41,093 bases of DNA from Scenedesmus sp. PABB004 (lineage: Eukaryota). Below the pieces are notes generated by a model. That model was given only the letters and a program-made list of their open reading frames with translations. It was not told the origin of the DNA and ran no database searches. A program made the translations under genes and the position numbers. Shown in pieces: positions 26,212 through 38,093 of the stretch; position 1 is the first letter of the stretch, and the number at the start of each line of letters is the position of its first letter. The stretch covers positions 1,240,001-1,281,093 of the forward strand of contig JABVCE010000011.1 of NCBI GenBank assembly GCA_014905635.1, written 5' to 3'.

Positions 26212-27818
26212 TTACGACGGAGCGCCGTCCGCGCCCGCGCCGTCCGCGCCCGCGCCGTCGGCGCTCGCGGCGCGCGCGCGCCCGAAGACCACGGTGTTGG
26301 CCCCCTCGAAGCCCAGCACGCCCCGCGACGCGCCGCCCTTGGCCGCGAGCCACCCCAGCAGCTCCGCGTAGCTCGTCACCGGCCCGCCCTGCGCCGTGCG
26401 GCGCTCCGGGTGGCGGCGGGGGAAGACGCAGCAGGGCACGAGCGCAAAGGCCAGCCCGCACTGGAGTGCGCAGTCGAGGATCGGCTCGGTTGCCTCGTCG
26501 GGGTGCAGGCCCACCAGCAGCGCCGGCGCGCCGCCCAGCAGCGCGCGCCAGCCGGCGCTCCGCCACAGCTCCGGGCCAAACCAGCCTTGGACCTGCCGCA
26601 GCGTCACGGGGCGCGGCGCCTGCAGGGGCGGCTGCTGCTGCTGCTGCTGCTGCTCCTCCTGCTGCTCCTCGTCAGTGCTCTCTCCTTCGCCCAGCCACGC
26701 CCGCTCCTGCTGCTGCTGCTGCTGCTCCTGCTGGTCGGACTGCCCCTGCTGTGCCTGCTGCTGGTGGAGGGGCAGCACCTCTGGCTGGAGCTGCCCAGCC
26801 TGCAGCTGCTCCGCTGTCCAGCGCTCCAGCACCGCCGTGGCGCCGGCCGCCGCCAGCCGGCGGTGCTGCGCTTTGTTGAGCTTGAACGGGCGCGGGTCGA
26901 CCAGCGTGACGCGCACGCCGTGCGTCACCGCCAGCTCAAACGACACGCCGCCGGCGCCGCCTGCGGGACGGCGGCGGCAGCGGGGTGTGTGCCGCGCTGG
27001 CGGCGCAGCGGCGCCAGCGAGCGGCGCGTGTGCCCCCGCTGCCCGCCCCACCGGCAACGTCGAGCACCCCGGCGCCGGCGTTGAGCGCGTCCGCCCCGTA
27101 CTGTTCGACCAGCCACCGAGCAAAGACCTGCGCGCGGCGCCGCTTGTCCGCCGCCGACGCGGCGTGCGCAAAGCCCTGCGCCGACGACAGCACCGCGCGC
27201 TCGCTGCGCCGCTGCGCCACCCAGCGCCGCCGGCCGCCCGCCGCGACGGCGTGCGCGAAGGGACACGCAGCGCCCTTGGCGCAGGCGCCGGCGTTCAAGA
27301 AGAACTTGCACACCGCCAGCGCGGGCGCCGCCGCGGGGGCCGCCGGCAGCTGCGGGCCCTCGGGCGCGCCGCCGCACGGCTGCTCGCCCTCCGGCTCCCG
27401 CGGCGGCCGCCGGTGGTGCGGCGACGGCCGCGGCTGGAACGCCGCGTGCGGGCTGGACTCGCGCCAGGGCGCCAGCACGCGCACCGTGGCGGCGAGCAGC
27501 GACCGCGCGCCGCCGCCCTCCTCCCACTCGCCAGTCGCGCACACCGCGTCGCCGAGCTTGAGCGCGTCGCGGAGGTCGCGCACGTCGCCCGCGCACGCGC
27601 CCTGCTTGACCACCAGCTCCACCCACTCGCCGCCGGCGCACAGCAGGTCGTAAAACACCTGCAACCGCGCACCGGCGCCGGCGCGCGCGACTCGGCCTGC
27701 TGCCGCTGCGCTGTGCAGCCGCCGCCGCTGCCGCAGGCGCTCCGACACGCACCAGGCGCTTGCTGACCGCGCGCCGGTAGGTGAGCACGCCCTCCAGCGC
27801 GGCCGGCTGGCCCGACAT
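26212..27818 (-). CDS. OB-fold-like + CCCH zinc finger + class I SAM methyltransferase-like protein, 3 exons
   Basis: Exons 27818-27753, 27658-27052 and 26960-26212. Motifs: RRAVSKRLVFYDL..LKLGDAVCATG (OB-like), CKFFLNAGACAKGAACPFAH (CCCH), VLDVAGGAG (SAM motif I), TLVDPR, LVGLHPDEATE and FALVPCCVF. Confidence 0.75.
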
Positions 27819-28118
27819 CGCCGCGCGTGCTGGTGCCGCTGCCGCTGCTGCTGCCGCCGTCCGGTGCTCCCTGCTCTCTGTCTCCGTCGACCGGAACCGG
27901 CAACACGTCGTCGTTCCGTGTCGAAGGACCGCCTCACACAGCGTCTGGGCGGCCGCGGCGGCGCGGGCGAGCCGCGGCGGCCGCTGCTGCAGCGCGACGG
28001 GCGAGCGAGCGCGCTCCGGTGAGCGAGCGGCGATTCGCAGAGAACGAGAGCTGCTGGTGGAGCCGTGGCTGCGCACGCAGTTACCCGCAGCCGTCGCCGG
28101 TGAACCGCCACTGAACAC

Positions 28119-31102
28119 TCACCCGCGCCGCGGCGTCGTCGGCCGCGGCAGCACGCTGCGCGGCTGCGGCTGCGCCTCGGAGACGACCATGGCCGCCGCG
28201 GCCACGGCCGCCGCCTCCAGCGCGTCCCAGCGCCCCGGGCTGCCGCCGCCCGTGCGCGCGTGCGGGCTCGGCGCGCGATTGCCGCGCGGCGACGGGCTGG
28301 CCGCCCGGCCGGCCGCGCTGCTCGCCGGCGGCGGCGGCGGCGGCGCGTAGGTGTGCTCCCGCCGCGTGTAGCAGCCCGGCGCGCCGGGGCTGCAGCCCGC
28401 GCGGCAGGCGTGCCACTCGGGCGAATAGAGCAGCGGGCCCGGCGCCGCGACGAGGCCCGGGTGGAACACGCATCGCCCTGGGCTCGCGCCGCCGCTGCCG
28501 CCGCAGCGCAGGCACGCGCGCTGCTGCTGCTGCTGCTGCTGCTGCTTGAGCGACGGCTGCGGCTGCTTGAGCGACGGCTGCGCCTGCTTGAGCGACGGCT
28601 GCCCTGCAGCCCCACCGCCCACCCTGGGGCTGCTGCTCGCCGGCGTGCGCGGCGAGAGCGCGCGCGGCTGCCGCGAGGCCGCCAGCGCGCCAGGCGCGGG
28701 CGCGCTGCCGCTGCAGCGCCGCGCCGCGAGGCCCAGCACGTGGTCCAGCTCGGCCAGCTGGTCTGCGGCCTGCCGCGGCGGCGGCGCCGCCTGCCCGCTG
28801 CGCTGCGGCGAGTTGTGCTGCGAGCAGCGCTCCTCCTGCTGCTGCTGCCCCGCGCGCTCCAGCATGCGCTGGCGATATGCCGCCTGCAGCGCCTGCGCGC
28901 GCGGGCCCTCGCCCAGCACGGCGGCAATCAGGGAGGCCATGGGCGGCGGCTCCGACCGCCCCGGGTCCTGCTGCCCCGCCCCGCCCTCGCCGCGCTCCGG
29001 CACCACGGGCGCGCCGCCGAGCTGCTGCTGCTCGCCCGCCGGCGCCGCCGCGCCGCCCACACTGCCGCCGCTGGGCTCGGCGTGGAGCTGCCGCAGCTCC
29101 TCCAGCTCGCCCAGCAGGCTCAGGTGCTGCGCCTCGCGCTGCGCCAGCGCCGCCTGGGTGCTGTCCGTGCGTGCCGCGGCCGCGTCCACCGCTGCGGCCT
29201 GCGGTCGTGCCAGGGCAGCGGCGGCGGTACCGGCGCTCAGCGGCGAGCCCACGCACCCTTGCCTCCCCCTCCTCCCATCCAGCCACCCCCTAATCCAGAA
29301 CCCCTCCGCACCTGCTGCTGCAGCTGGCGGCGCAGCGCCTCCAGCTCCTGCTGCGCGGCGGCCGCGGCGGCCGCGTGCTCGGCCTTGGCGGCCAGCAGCG
29401 CCTGCTCGTGCGACACCTGGGCCAGCGCCGTCGCGCTGGCGGCGGCGGCCGCGGCCTCGCCCTGGAGCTGCGGCAGCAGGCGGTCCGGCGGGCGGCGGGT
29501 GAGAGCACACGTGGCTGCGTGTGTCACCTGCCGCCGCGCGCCGGCGCTGCAGCACGACTACAATCCTCGCACCTTGGCGACCTGCTGCTGCGCTGCGCTG
29601 TGTGCGGCCTGCAGCGCGTCGTGCTCCTGCTGCAGGCGCGCCAGGCGCGACCTGAGCTCACACTCCGCCGCCGTCGCCGCCAGCAGCTTGCCGCACGCCT
29701 CCTGCTGCTGTTGGCTCAGCCGCTCCAGCGCCGCGGCGTGCGACTGCGCCTGCGCCTGCAGCGCCTGCGGGGTGCGTGCAAGAGGAGGGGAGGGAGCGGA
29801 CTTGGGCACGCAGCCAGCGGGGGGCGGGGGCAGGCGGGGGTGCGCAGCGTGCTGCCGCCGCACCTCCTGGTGCGCGAGCTCCGCCGCGTGCCGCTCCTGC
29901 CGGTAGCGCGCCTGGACCTGCGCTAGCGTGCTCTGATAGGCCTGGCGCAGCTGCGCCGCGTGCGAGCCGCCGGCGGCCGCCGCAGACCACGCGTCGGCTG
30001 CGGGCTCCGCCGGCGCGCGCGCCGCCGGGCTGCCCGGCGCGCTGCCCGGCGCGCTGCCAGGGCCGAGCATCGCGCTGCGCAGCTGCTGCAGGGGGTCCCA
30101 CCGCCGCGTCGCCGGCGGGGCGCCCTGCAGCTGCCGCTGGCCGTGGCCGTCCGCTGCCGCCGCGGCGGCGCCTGCCGCGGCGTACACCTGCTGCAGCTGC
30201 TCCCGCAGCGCCTGGCACTCGGACAGGAACGCGCGCGCGCCGTCGGACGCACCGCACGCTGGCAGCGCCGGCGACGGCGGCGCGGCCGCGCCCGCCGCGT
30301 CCGCGGGTGCCGGCTGGCCCAGCTGCTGCGCCGCCGCCCCGCCGCTCGGCGGCTGTGCCGCGCCGAGCTGCTGCCCCACCGCCTCGGCGAGCTGCCGCAG
30401 GCTGGCCAGCTCCTGCTTCATGCCGGCGCGCTGCTGCTCCGCGAGCAGCCGCGCCGCGCGCTCGGACGCCGCCGCCTGGCCGGCCGCGGCCGCGGCCGCG
30501 CGCGCCTCGTGCAGCTCCTGCGCCAGCCTCTCCGCCTCGCAGCGCAGGCGCTCCACCGCCTCGACCTGCGACGCCGGGCTGACCTGCAGCGCCGCGCCCA
30601 GGCGCGCGCGCAACTCCGCGGGCGACGCCTCGGCCGCCTGCGCCGCGTGCGCCGCCTCGAGCGCGGCAAACACGCGGCACGCCTCGGCCCACGCGTCGGG
30701 CGCGGGCGCCGCCGTGACGCCGCGGAGGAGGTCGCCGTAGAAGCGCGCCGCGCCCTCCAGCGCGCGCACGTGCGCGTGCGCCGCCGCGCGGTGGGGGTCG
30801 AGCGCGGCGTGCGCGGCCGCGAGCCGCGCGTCGAGCGCCGCCGCGAGGCGCGCCGCCTGCGCGACCTTGCTCTCGGTCAGGTCGACCTTGACGCCGTCCA
30901 GCGCCCCCAGGCGCGCCAGGGCCTCCTCGCGCAGGCCGGCGAGGTGCACGACGCGGCGGTGCAGCTCGAGCGCGCTCGGCTGCGGGCCGCCGCTGCTGCT
31001 CTCAGCGTCGCGGCCGCCGCCGCCGGCGCGGGCGGTGCCGCAGCCGCCCATGGGCAGCAGCGTGGCCAGCCAGGCGTCGCTGTCGGCATCCCGCGGCGCC
31101 AT
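28119..31102 (-). CDS. Long Ala/Gln/Leu/Glu coiled-coil protein with C-terminal Cys/His motif, about 4 exons
   Basis: Exons approx. 31102-29864, 29764-29573, 29468-29312 and 29198-28119 give heptad-rich helices, then CLRC..CVFHPG..W.AC...C......GC....EH. The 3' end is uncertain because the stop overlaps a GTGAGT donor-like site. Confidence 0.65.
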
Positions 31103-31425
31103 GGCGGCGCCCGCACCGGCCGCGGGCGCGCGCGCGGACCGCCGCTGGCGCCCCGCTGGCCCGCAGCCCGGCCGGAGGTCGTTCTGACCACAGCAGGCAC
31201 CCTCACGCCGCGGCACGAGCTGCGGGGCGCGTTCGGTTTCTGCTGCGCGCTGCTGTTCAACTTGATTGATGGCGGCGGCGCGCTGAACGCGCGCTTGGGC
31301 GGGCGTTTCGCGAGGTCTGCGAGGGCGGCGCGGGTCTGGCGCGCGGAGGCGCGGCGGCGCGCGCAGCTGTCGCGCTCAAACGACGACCGCGGTGCCCGCG
31401 CGTCCGCCGGCCGCCACGGCAAAAT

Positions 31426-33496
31426 TCACCCGAGCAGCCCCCGCCAGCGCGGCCACGTCTGGTCACGCCGCCGTGAGGCGCCCCCGTCGCCGCCGCGCTC
31501 GGGCAGCGCCGGCACGAGGCGGCCGTCGCGCGCGGCGACCAGGCGCGTCGCGCGACCCGCCCAGTCGGGCTGCTCCTGCGCGAGGCAGTGCCGGAAGATC
31601 GGCGCGTACGCGGCCGCCTCGGCGTCGTCCTCCAGGCGGAAGTAGGCGGGCGGGTGCCGGAGGTACAGCGCGTCGGTGATGCCCTGCGAGGCGAGCGGCG
31701 GCCACGGCGAGCGAAGGTGGTGGCGGTGGCTGCGCCGGCGCGTGGCCGCGCAGCGCGCGCCGCCCCCGCCGCCGCACCTCGTCCAGCCAGGGCGTGGGCA
31801 CGAGGCGGCGGTCGCACATGGCCGCCAGGAGCCGCCGCGCGGCGCACTCGGGCGCGCCGCAGCGCACGGCATGGCCGCAGCCCGCGTCGGCTGTGTCCGC
31901 GGGCGCGACCGCCGCGCCCGCGGGGAGCGGCGCCGCCGGCAGCGAGAGCACCTGCTGCGCGTGGTGCATGATCGCGTGGCACGTGGCTACGAGCTTGGAG
32001 CCCCGGACTGACACGAGCTGGCCCGCCAGCAGCTGCCACTCGCGGCCCTCGGCGAGCGCCTGCGCGCGGCGGCAGGGGCGGCGGGGCCGCGCGTGGCGCC
32101 GCAGCAGCAGGCGGCCCGCTTGCAGCCGCTAGCAGCCGCTCGCAGCATGCACAGCGCGGGGCGCCGCCGCGCGCCCGCCCACATTGCGCGCGCACCAGCA
32201 GCCACCGCCGCACGTTGGCCGCGCCGACCTCGGCGCCCAGCCGCGCCTCAGCCATGCGCCCCAGCCGCATCAGCAGCGTGCCGCGGCCGAGGCGCTTGCC
32301 CGGCGCGGGCATGAGCCCCAGCTCCAGCGCGACGCACGCGGCGCCGCACAGCTGCGCGTGCACAAACCAGCCGCCCGGCACGAGCAGGCTGTCGCCCGGG
32401 TGCAGCTCGCACACGAGGCCGCGCACGCCCGCCGCGGCGGGCCAGTGCTCGAGCGCGGGCTCCTCCCAGTCCACCGCGCTGTAGCCGTCGTACGGGTGGG
32501 CGACGGGGAACGCATAGCCGCCGCGCCAGCCCGCCTCGGGCGGGAGCAGCAGCACGCGCGCGCCGCCCGCCACCTGCGCGAGCAGCCGGTCGCGCGTCGC
32601 GTAGCGCGCCGGCAGCAGCGCGTCGCGCCCGCCCGCCAGCAGGTGCAGCGAGCCCTGCGGCGCGTAGCCGCCGTACGCGAGCAGCTGCCGCAGCACCGCC
32701 CAGTCGAGCAGCGCCGGCGCGGCGCTCGCGGCGCCCGTGGCGCCCGCGCCGCCAGCGGCGCCCCCGCCCGGCGCCGGCGGCCCGCGCAGCAGCGCGCCCA
32801 GCTGCGGCCAGACCGTGGTGTTGGGCCAGAGGCGGGCGCCCGCGCCGCTGGCCGGCAGCTCCCACTCGCACACGTGCACCTGCGACCGGGCGGCGCGCTC
32901 AGCGCCGCCGCGCCCGGCCGCGCCCGGCCGCGTCCGCCCAGCTCGCCAGGCCCGCGCCGCGCGCATCTTACGTGCAGCAGCAGCCGGCTGTGCTCCCAGG
33001 TGCGCCAAGCGGCAGCCCAGTCGGCAAAGGGCATGGCCAGCACGGTGGTGGCCGGCTTCCGCACGGCGTACGCGGACCCGGGCGCGTTGTTGGCCTCGTG
33101 CGGCTCCACGAAGCGGTTGGCCGCCGCCGGGCTGCACAGCACGCGCACCGGCGGCTGCTGCGGGCACGGCGCGCCCGGCCCCGCGCCGCCGCTCGCCAGC
33201 GCGCACGTCGCCAGGCGCGCGCGCGGCAGCAGCACCGGCGCGTGCGCCGCGAGCCCGCGCCGCGCCGCGGCGGTGCCCAGGGCCGTCACTGCCAGCCTCG
33301 GCGGAGGCCCAGCCTGCACGAAGCCGGCGCAGCGCCAGGCGCCGTCGCCGCCGGCGGCGCTCGGCGCCAGTGCGGCGCTCGCCGCCGCCGATGCGGCGCC
33401 GCTGCTGGCGCCTCGCTGGGCTGCCTGGGAGTCGGGCGGAAGCGTCGGAGCGCCTCGCCGCGGCAGCACGCGCCCGGGGCCGCGGTCAGGGGCCAT
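31426..33496 (-). CDS. FIH/HIF1AN-like JmjC (cupin) domain protein lacking catalytic residues, 4 exons
   Basis: Exons 33496-32972, 32879-32196, 32059-31778 and 31683-31426. LLAQVAGGARVLLLPP..YAFPVAHPYDGYSAVDWEEP..HWP..ELHPGDSLLVPGGWFVH aligns closely with the FIH JmjC core. Confidence 0.8.
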
Positions 33497-33738
33497 CGCA
33501 GCTGCCAGCAGCGCCGGCGGCGCGGCGCGAGAGCAGGGGGGTGGGCACAGGGCCGCGGAGCGGTCGCGGAATGAGCTGCTGGGGAGACTCGTGAGCTGTG
33601 GAGGCTCTCAGAAAGGCGAGGCGAGGTTCTGGGGCGGCGCGTCCAGAGGCATCTCCGGCGCGCGCGGGCGCCCCGCGGGCCGCCCCCTGCCCCGCCGCGC
33701 CGCGCGGCTGCCTCGTTACCCAGCCCCCACGTCCGCCG

Positions 33739-35639
33739 CTAGCTGGCCACCCACTGCAGCCCCGCCGCCGCGGCGGGCGAGTCGACGATGCCGCCAAACG
33801 CGAGGCGCCACGCGTCGAGCAGCAGCGTGACCAGCATGCTCGCCGCGAGCGCGTCCAGCACCACCTGGCCCCCCGCCCCCGGCGGCGCGCGCATGCGCCT
33901 GGGCGTTGGCGGCGGGCCGGCGCGCGCCGCGCTGCGCGCTGCGCTGCGCCGCGCGCGGCGCCGCGGCGCGCACCTCGCCGAGCCCCCAGCGCCGCCCGCG
34001 TGGGGTTTCGTCGAGGCGCAGGACCATGGGGAAGCTGACGAAGAAGTAGATCGCGTAGAAGAGGCTGCCCACGCTGTACATGGCCGCCTTGTCAGCGTGC
34101 GTGTAGTACGGGAACTGGCGGCGCGCGGGCGTCGGCGCGTGGGCGCGCGTGGGCGCGTGGGCGCGCGTGGGCGCGTGGGCGCGCGTGCGTGTGTGCGTGG
34201 GCAGCAGGCGTGTGGGCAGGCGCGTGCGCGTGCGCGTGCGCGGGCGCATGGGCCCCCGGGGCGCCCGTGGCGGGGCGCACGTGTGAGATGGTGAGCGTCT
34301 CCATGTACGCCGTGCCGTAGGCCAGCAGGAACACGGCCAGGCCGCGCGCGAGCCGCCGCGTGGCGAGCGGCGCGTGCGCGAGGTGCGCGTCCACCTGCGG
34401 TCGTGTGTGAGTGCGCGCGCGTGTGTGTTTGTGGAGGGGGCTGGGCGCCGCCGCCGCTGCCGCCGCCGCCGCCGCCATCAGCCCTAAACGACCGCCGACA
34501 AAGCTGTCGGCGGGCGGCCCTCCCATCCACCGCCCACACCGCCCGCCCACGCGCCCGCCCGCCCACACCACACGCCACACCGCCCGCCCACGCGCGCCCG
34601 CACGCACGCCACACGCACCCGCCGCAGCGCTGTGTTGGCAAGGGCGTGGTAGAAGAGGAAGTAGGCGTGAGTCATGAGGTACATCACCAGCGGGACCTGC
34701 ACGGCTCAGGGGGCACGGGGGCAGGGTTCAGGTTTCAGGCGTCACGGGGCGACAAGGTGGGCGAGGTGGCGTCAGGGGGGGGGAGGTCGAGGCCAGGAGG
34801 AGGGGGGGGGGGGGTGTTGGCGGAGCGAGCGAGGGCAGCGCACGCGCGGCCGCACCCCGTTGAGGCGGTGCGAGGGCAGCGTGTACGCGGCGCCGAGGAG
34901 GTTGAAAAAGTAGTGCGTCCAAAAGTAGTTGCCCACAAACCCAAACACACCCACCCAGACGTTCAGCTTCACCCAGAACCGCGCGCCCCACGGCCGCCCC
35001 GCGTCGGCCTGCGCCGGCGGCGGCGGCGGCGGCGGCGGCGCGGCGGCGGCACGTCGCCGCGCGTGCTGCGGCGGCAACAGGGCGCACGCGCGGCAGCGGC
35101 AACAGGGCGCGCGCGCGGCGCGGCGGGGCGCGCGGCGGGCGGCGCCGCGCCTTGTTGGGCAGCAGCGGCGGCACGGCGACGCACGGCACCGCCGCCGCGA
35201 GGCCGACCAGCAGGTAGCCCCACTCGTCCAGCAGCTGCGCGGCGCGGCGGCGGCGCGCCGGAGGCTCGGCCAGCGCAGCAGCAGCAGCGCGGTGCCGGCG
35301 CGCGGCAGGCGGCGGGCGGGGGCGGCTGTGTGCGTGTGCACGACCAGCCGGCGCACAGCTCACGTCGTAGAGCTTGAACGGCACGAGCACGCACAGCGCC
35401 CAGGTGATCCAGAAGGGCGAGTAGGCGAGGTAAAAGACCTCCGCCCAGCGCTTGCTGGGGTTGGACGCCAGCCAGGCGCTGCGGCCGGGCGCTGCGGCGG
35501 CGCGCGGGTGATGATCGAACGTGCGCGCGGCGGTGCGGCGCGGCGGCGGCGCGGGCGTGCTGGTCCCCGATTCCTGGAGCTGTCAGCGTATGCAGCGCGG
35601 CGCCGCACCCGGCGCGCCGGCCTTCCTGGCGCCGGCCAT
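33739..35639 (-). CDS. CPI1: Cycloeucalenol cycloisomerase (cyclopropylsterol isomerase), about 8 exons
   Basis: NPSKRWAEVFYLAYSPFW, FWVKLNVWVGVFGFVGNYFWTHYFF, YLMTHAYFLFYH, AYMETLTISHFPYY and MYSVGSLFYAIYFFVSFPM are hallmark CPI1 motifs. Confidence 0.95.
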
Positions 35640-35942
35640 ACGCTGCGAGCGGCGGCGCGCCGCTGCTGCGCGTCCGGCGCGGTCGCGGCGGATCGGGTCG
35701 GCGTGCGGCGAGGGGCTGCTGACTCGGCGAAGATGACAGCGCGGGGCGAGCAATGGGCGGGGCCGCTGGCCGGGGCTCCTTGCGCGACGAGCGCGCCGCG
35801 CGCGGCGGCGAACCGCCGTCGTCAGTGCCAGTCCCCCGCGGCTGAGGGCATTCCCCGTTCGCGATCAAGACGCCCGCGTCGCTCCAAGCTCGCCACCAAC
35901 CCGGCCGCCCCCACAGCGCCGCCGTGGGCCAGGGCGGGCGTG

Positions 35943-38056
35943 ATGGAGGACGACGATGACTTTGCCGAGCTCTACGGCGCCGCTCCAGAGGAGCCCAAGC
36001 CCGCCGCCGCGCAGGCAGTGAACGGTGCGCACGCGGACAAGCGCGCGAGGGGCAGCGCGGCCGTCGGTGGCCGCGCCGACGCCCCCGCGCGCCGCCGCTG
36101 CTGCCGCAGGCGCCGGCGCGCCAGCGGCAGCCGCTGGGGGCGCCGCCGACGACTACGACGAGCTCTTCGGCTCGGTGCGTGCCAGGCCGGGCGCGGGCGG
36201 CTGCGTGGGCGCCGAGGCGTGCGGCGCCTGCGCCGCAGGAGGAGACCGACCGCGCCCGTGCGCTGCACCGCAGGCGTATGGCGGCGCCGATGAGGCAGCC
36301 GCTCCCGCGCCGGCACAGCAGCCGGCGGCGCTGGCACCGGCGACGGCACCGCTGCCGCAGGCCGCGCCCCCCTTCGGCGCGCCCGCGCCGGCAGCGGCGC
36401 CGGCCCCCGCGGCGCCGGCAGCAGCGGCCGCGGCAGCCGGCGACGACGATGACGACGTGAGGGGGAGGGCGCGGGGGCCCGCTCGCGGGACAGCGGCACG
36501 GCAGCCGCCCGCACCGGCGGCAGCGGCGCCCGCGCCGGCGGCAGCACGCCCGCGCCCCTGACGCGCGCCCGCCGCGCCGCCACACCAGGACTTTGACATT
36601 GTGCTGGATGATGATGCCAGCGCGCCCGCGCCCGCCAGGCCGCCCGCCGCGGCGGGCGCGGGCGGCTCGGCGAGCGCGCCGTCGGGGCCGGCGTCGGCCG
36701 CCAAGCCGCCCGCCGGCGGGCGCGTGAGCAGCAGCCACCTGCAGTATGTGCGGCCGGGGCTGGAGGGCGCGCCGTCGCTGGGCACCGGCGGCGTGCAGGG
36801 CCCGCCGGGCGTCGGGCCGCCCGGCGGCGACGGCCTGCTGCGCAGCGGCAGCGGCCTCGCGCACGGCGCCGCGGCGGGCCCGCCGGGCACGCAGAGCTAC
36901 AGCCTGCCGCTGTCGGGCGTGCTGCTGCCGGGGCCGCCGCACGCGCCCGGCGCCGCGCCGCTGCCGGGGCCGCCGGGCGTCGGCGTCGGCGCGGGCGTCG
37001 GCGGCGCGCCGCCGCTGCCGCACCCGCCGCTCGGCGGGCCGCGGCCGCCAGGTGCGGCGGCAGGCGGCCGCGGCGCGGCAGGACGCCAGCGCAGCGCGCA
37101 GCCCTCCCCGGCCGCGCCGCGCGCCGACGCCCCCGCCCCGCCCCGCGCCCCCGGCGCAGGCGCGCCGTACCACCCGGGCGCCGACGCCGGCGGCCCGCGC
37201 GCGCCGCCCGGTCCGCCCGCGGAGCTGCCGGCGCTCAACTTCATCCCCATGGGCATGGCCGGCTACCAGGTGGGCGCGCCTCGCGCCCACGCCCACGCCG
37301 CTCACAGCGGCAGGCGCGGCGCGGCGCGGCGCGGCGCGCACACGTGCCCACCGCCGCCCCGCGCGCCCCGGTCGCAGGTCGCGGAGCGGCTGCGCGACAT
37401 CGAGGCTGCCTTCCCGAGCGTCGCGCGGCCGGGGCAGCCCATCAAGCTGCCCAAGCAGCACAACGTGGACAAGGAGGAGTATCGGGAGTTCCTGAACCTC
37501 GGGCACGGGGAGATCTTCACGCTCGACCTCGAGCGGTGCGACGCGCGCAGCACGCGCAGCACGCGCAGCACGCGCAGCATACGCAGCACGCGCGTGCCGC
37601 CAGCGCTGCCCCCGCTCGCCAGTGCCGCGCCGCCGCCGCTCACGCGCGCCGCCGCCGCTCACGCGCGCCGCCGCCGCTCACGCGCGCCGCCGCCGCTCAC
37701 GCGCGCCGCCGCGCCGCCGCCGCGGCCCCTCCGGGCGCCCCGCCGCGGCGGCAGCGTGACGACGGGCCCCTGGCGCGCGGCGGGGTCTGACATCAGTGAC
37801 TACTTCAACTACGGCCTCAACGAGAAGACCTGGCGGTCCTACCAGCGCACCATCGCGCGCTTCCGGGCCGCGTTCAGCGCGCGGCAGCTGCCCGAGGTGC
37901 TGCTCACAGACGGCCACGCGACCGACGAGCTCGCCGGCCTGCCGCGCGAGGTCGCGGCCGCCGTCACGGCGCACCGCCTCAAGGTGCGGGCGGGCGCGCG
38001 GCGCGGGGGCGCGCGGGGGCGGGGACCGGGGCGCGCGGCGCGGGGGCTGCCGCGAT

Positions 38057-38093
<37 letters not shown>

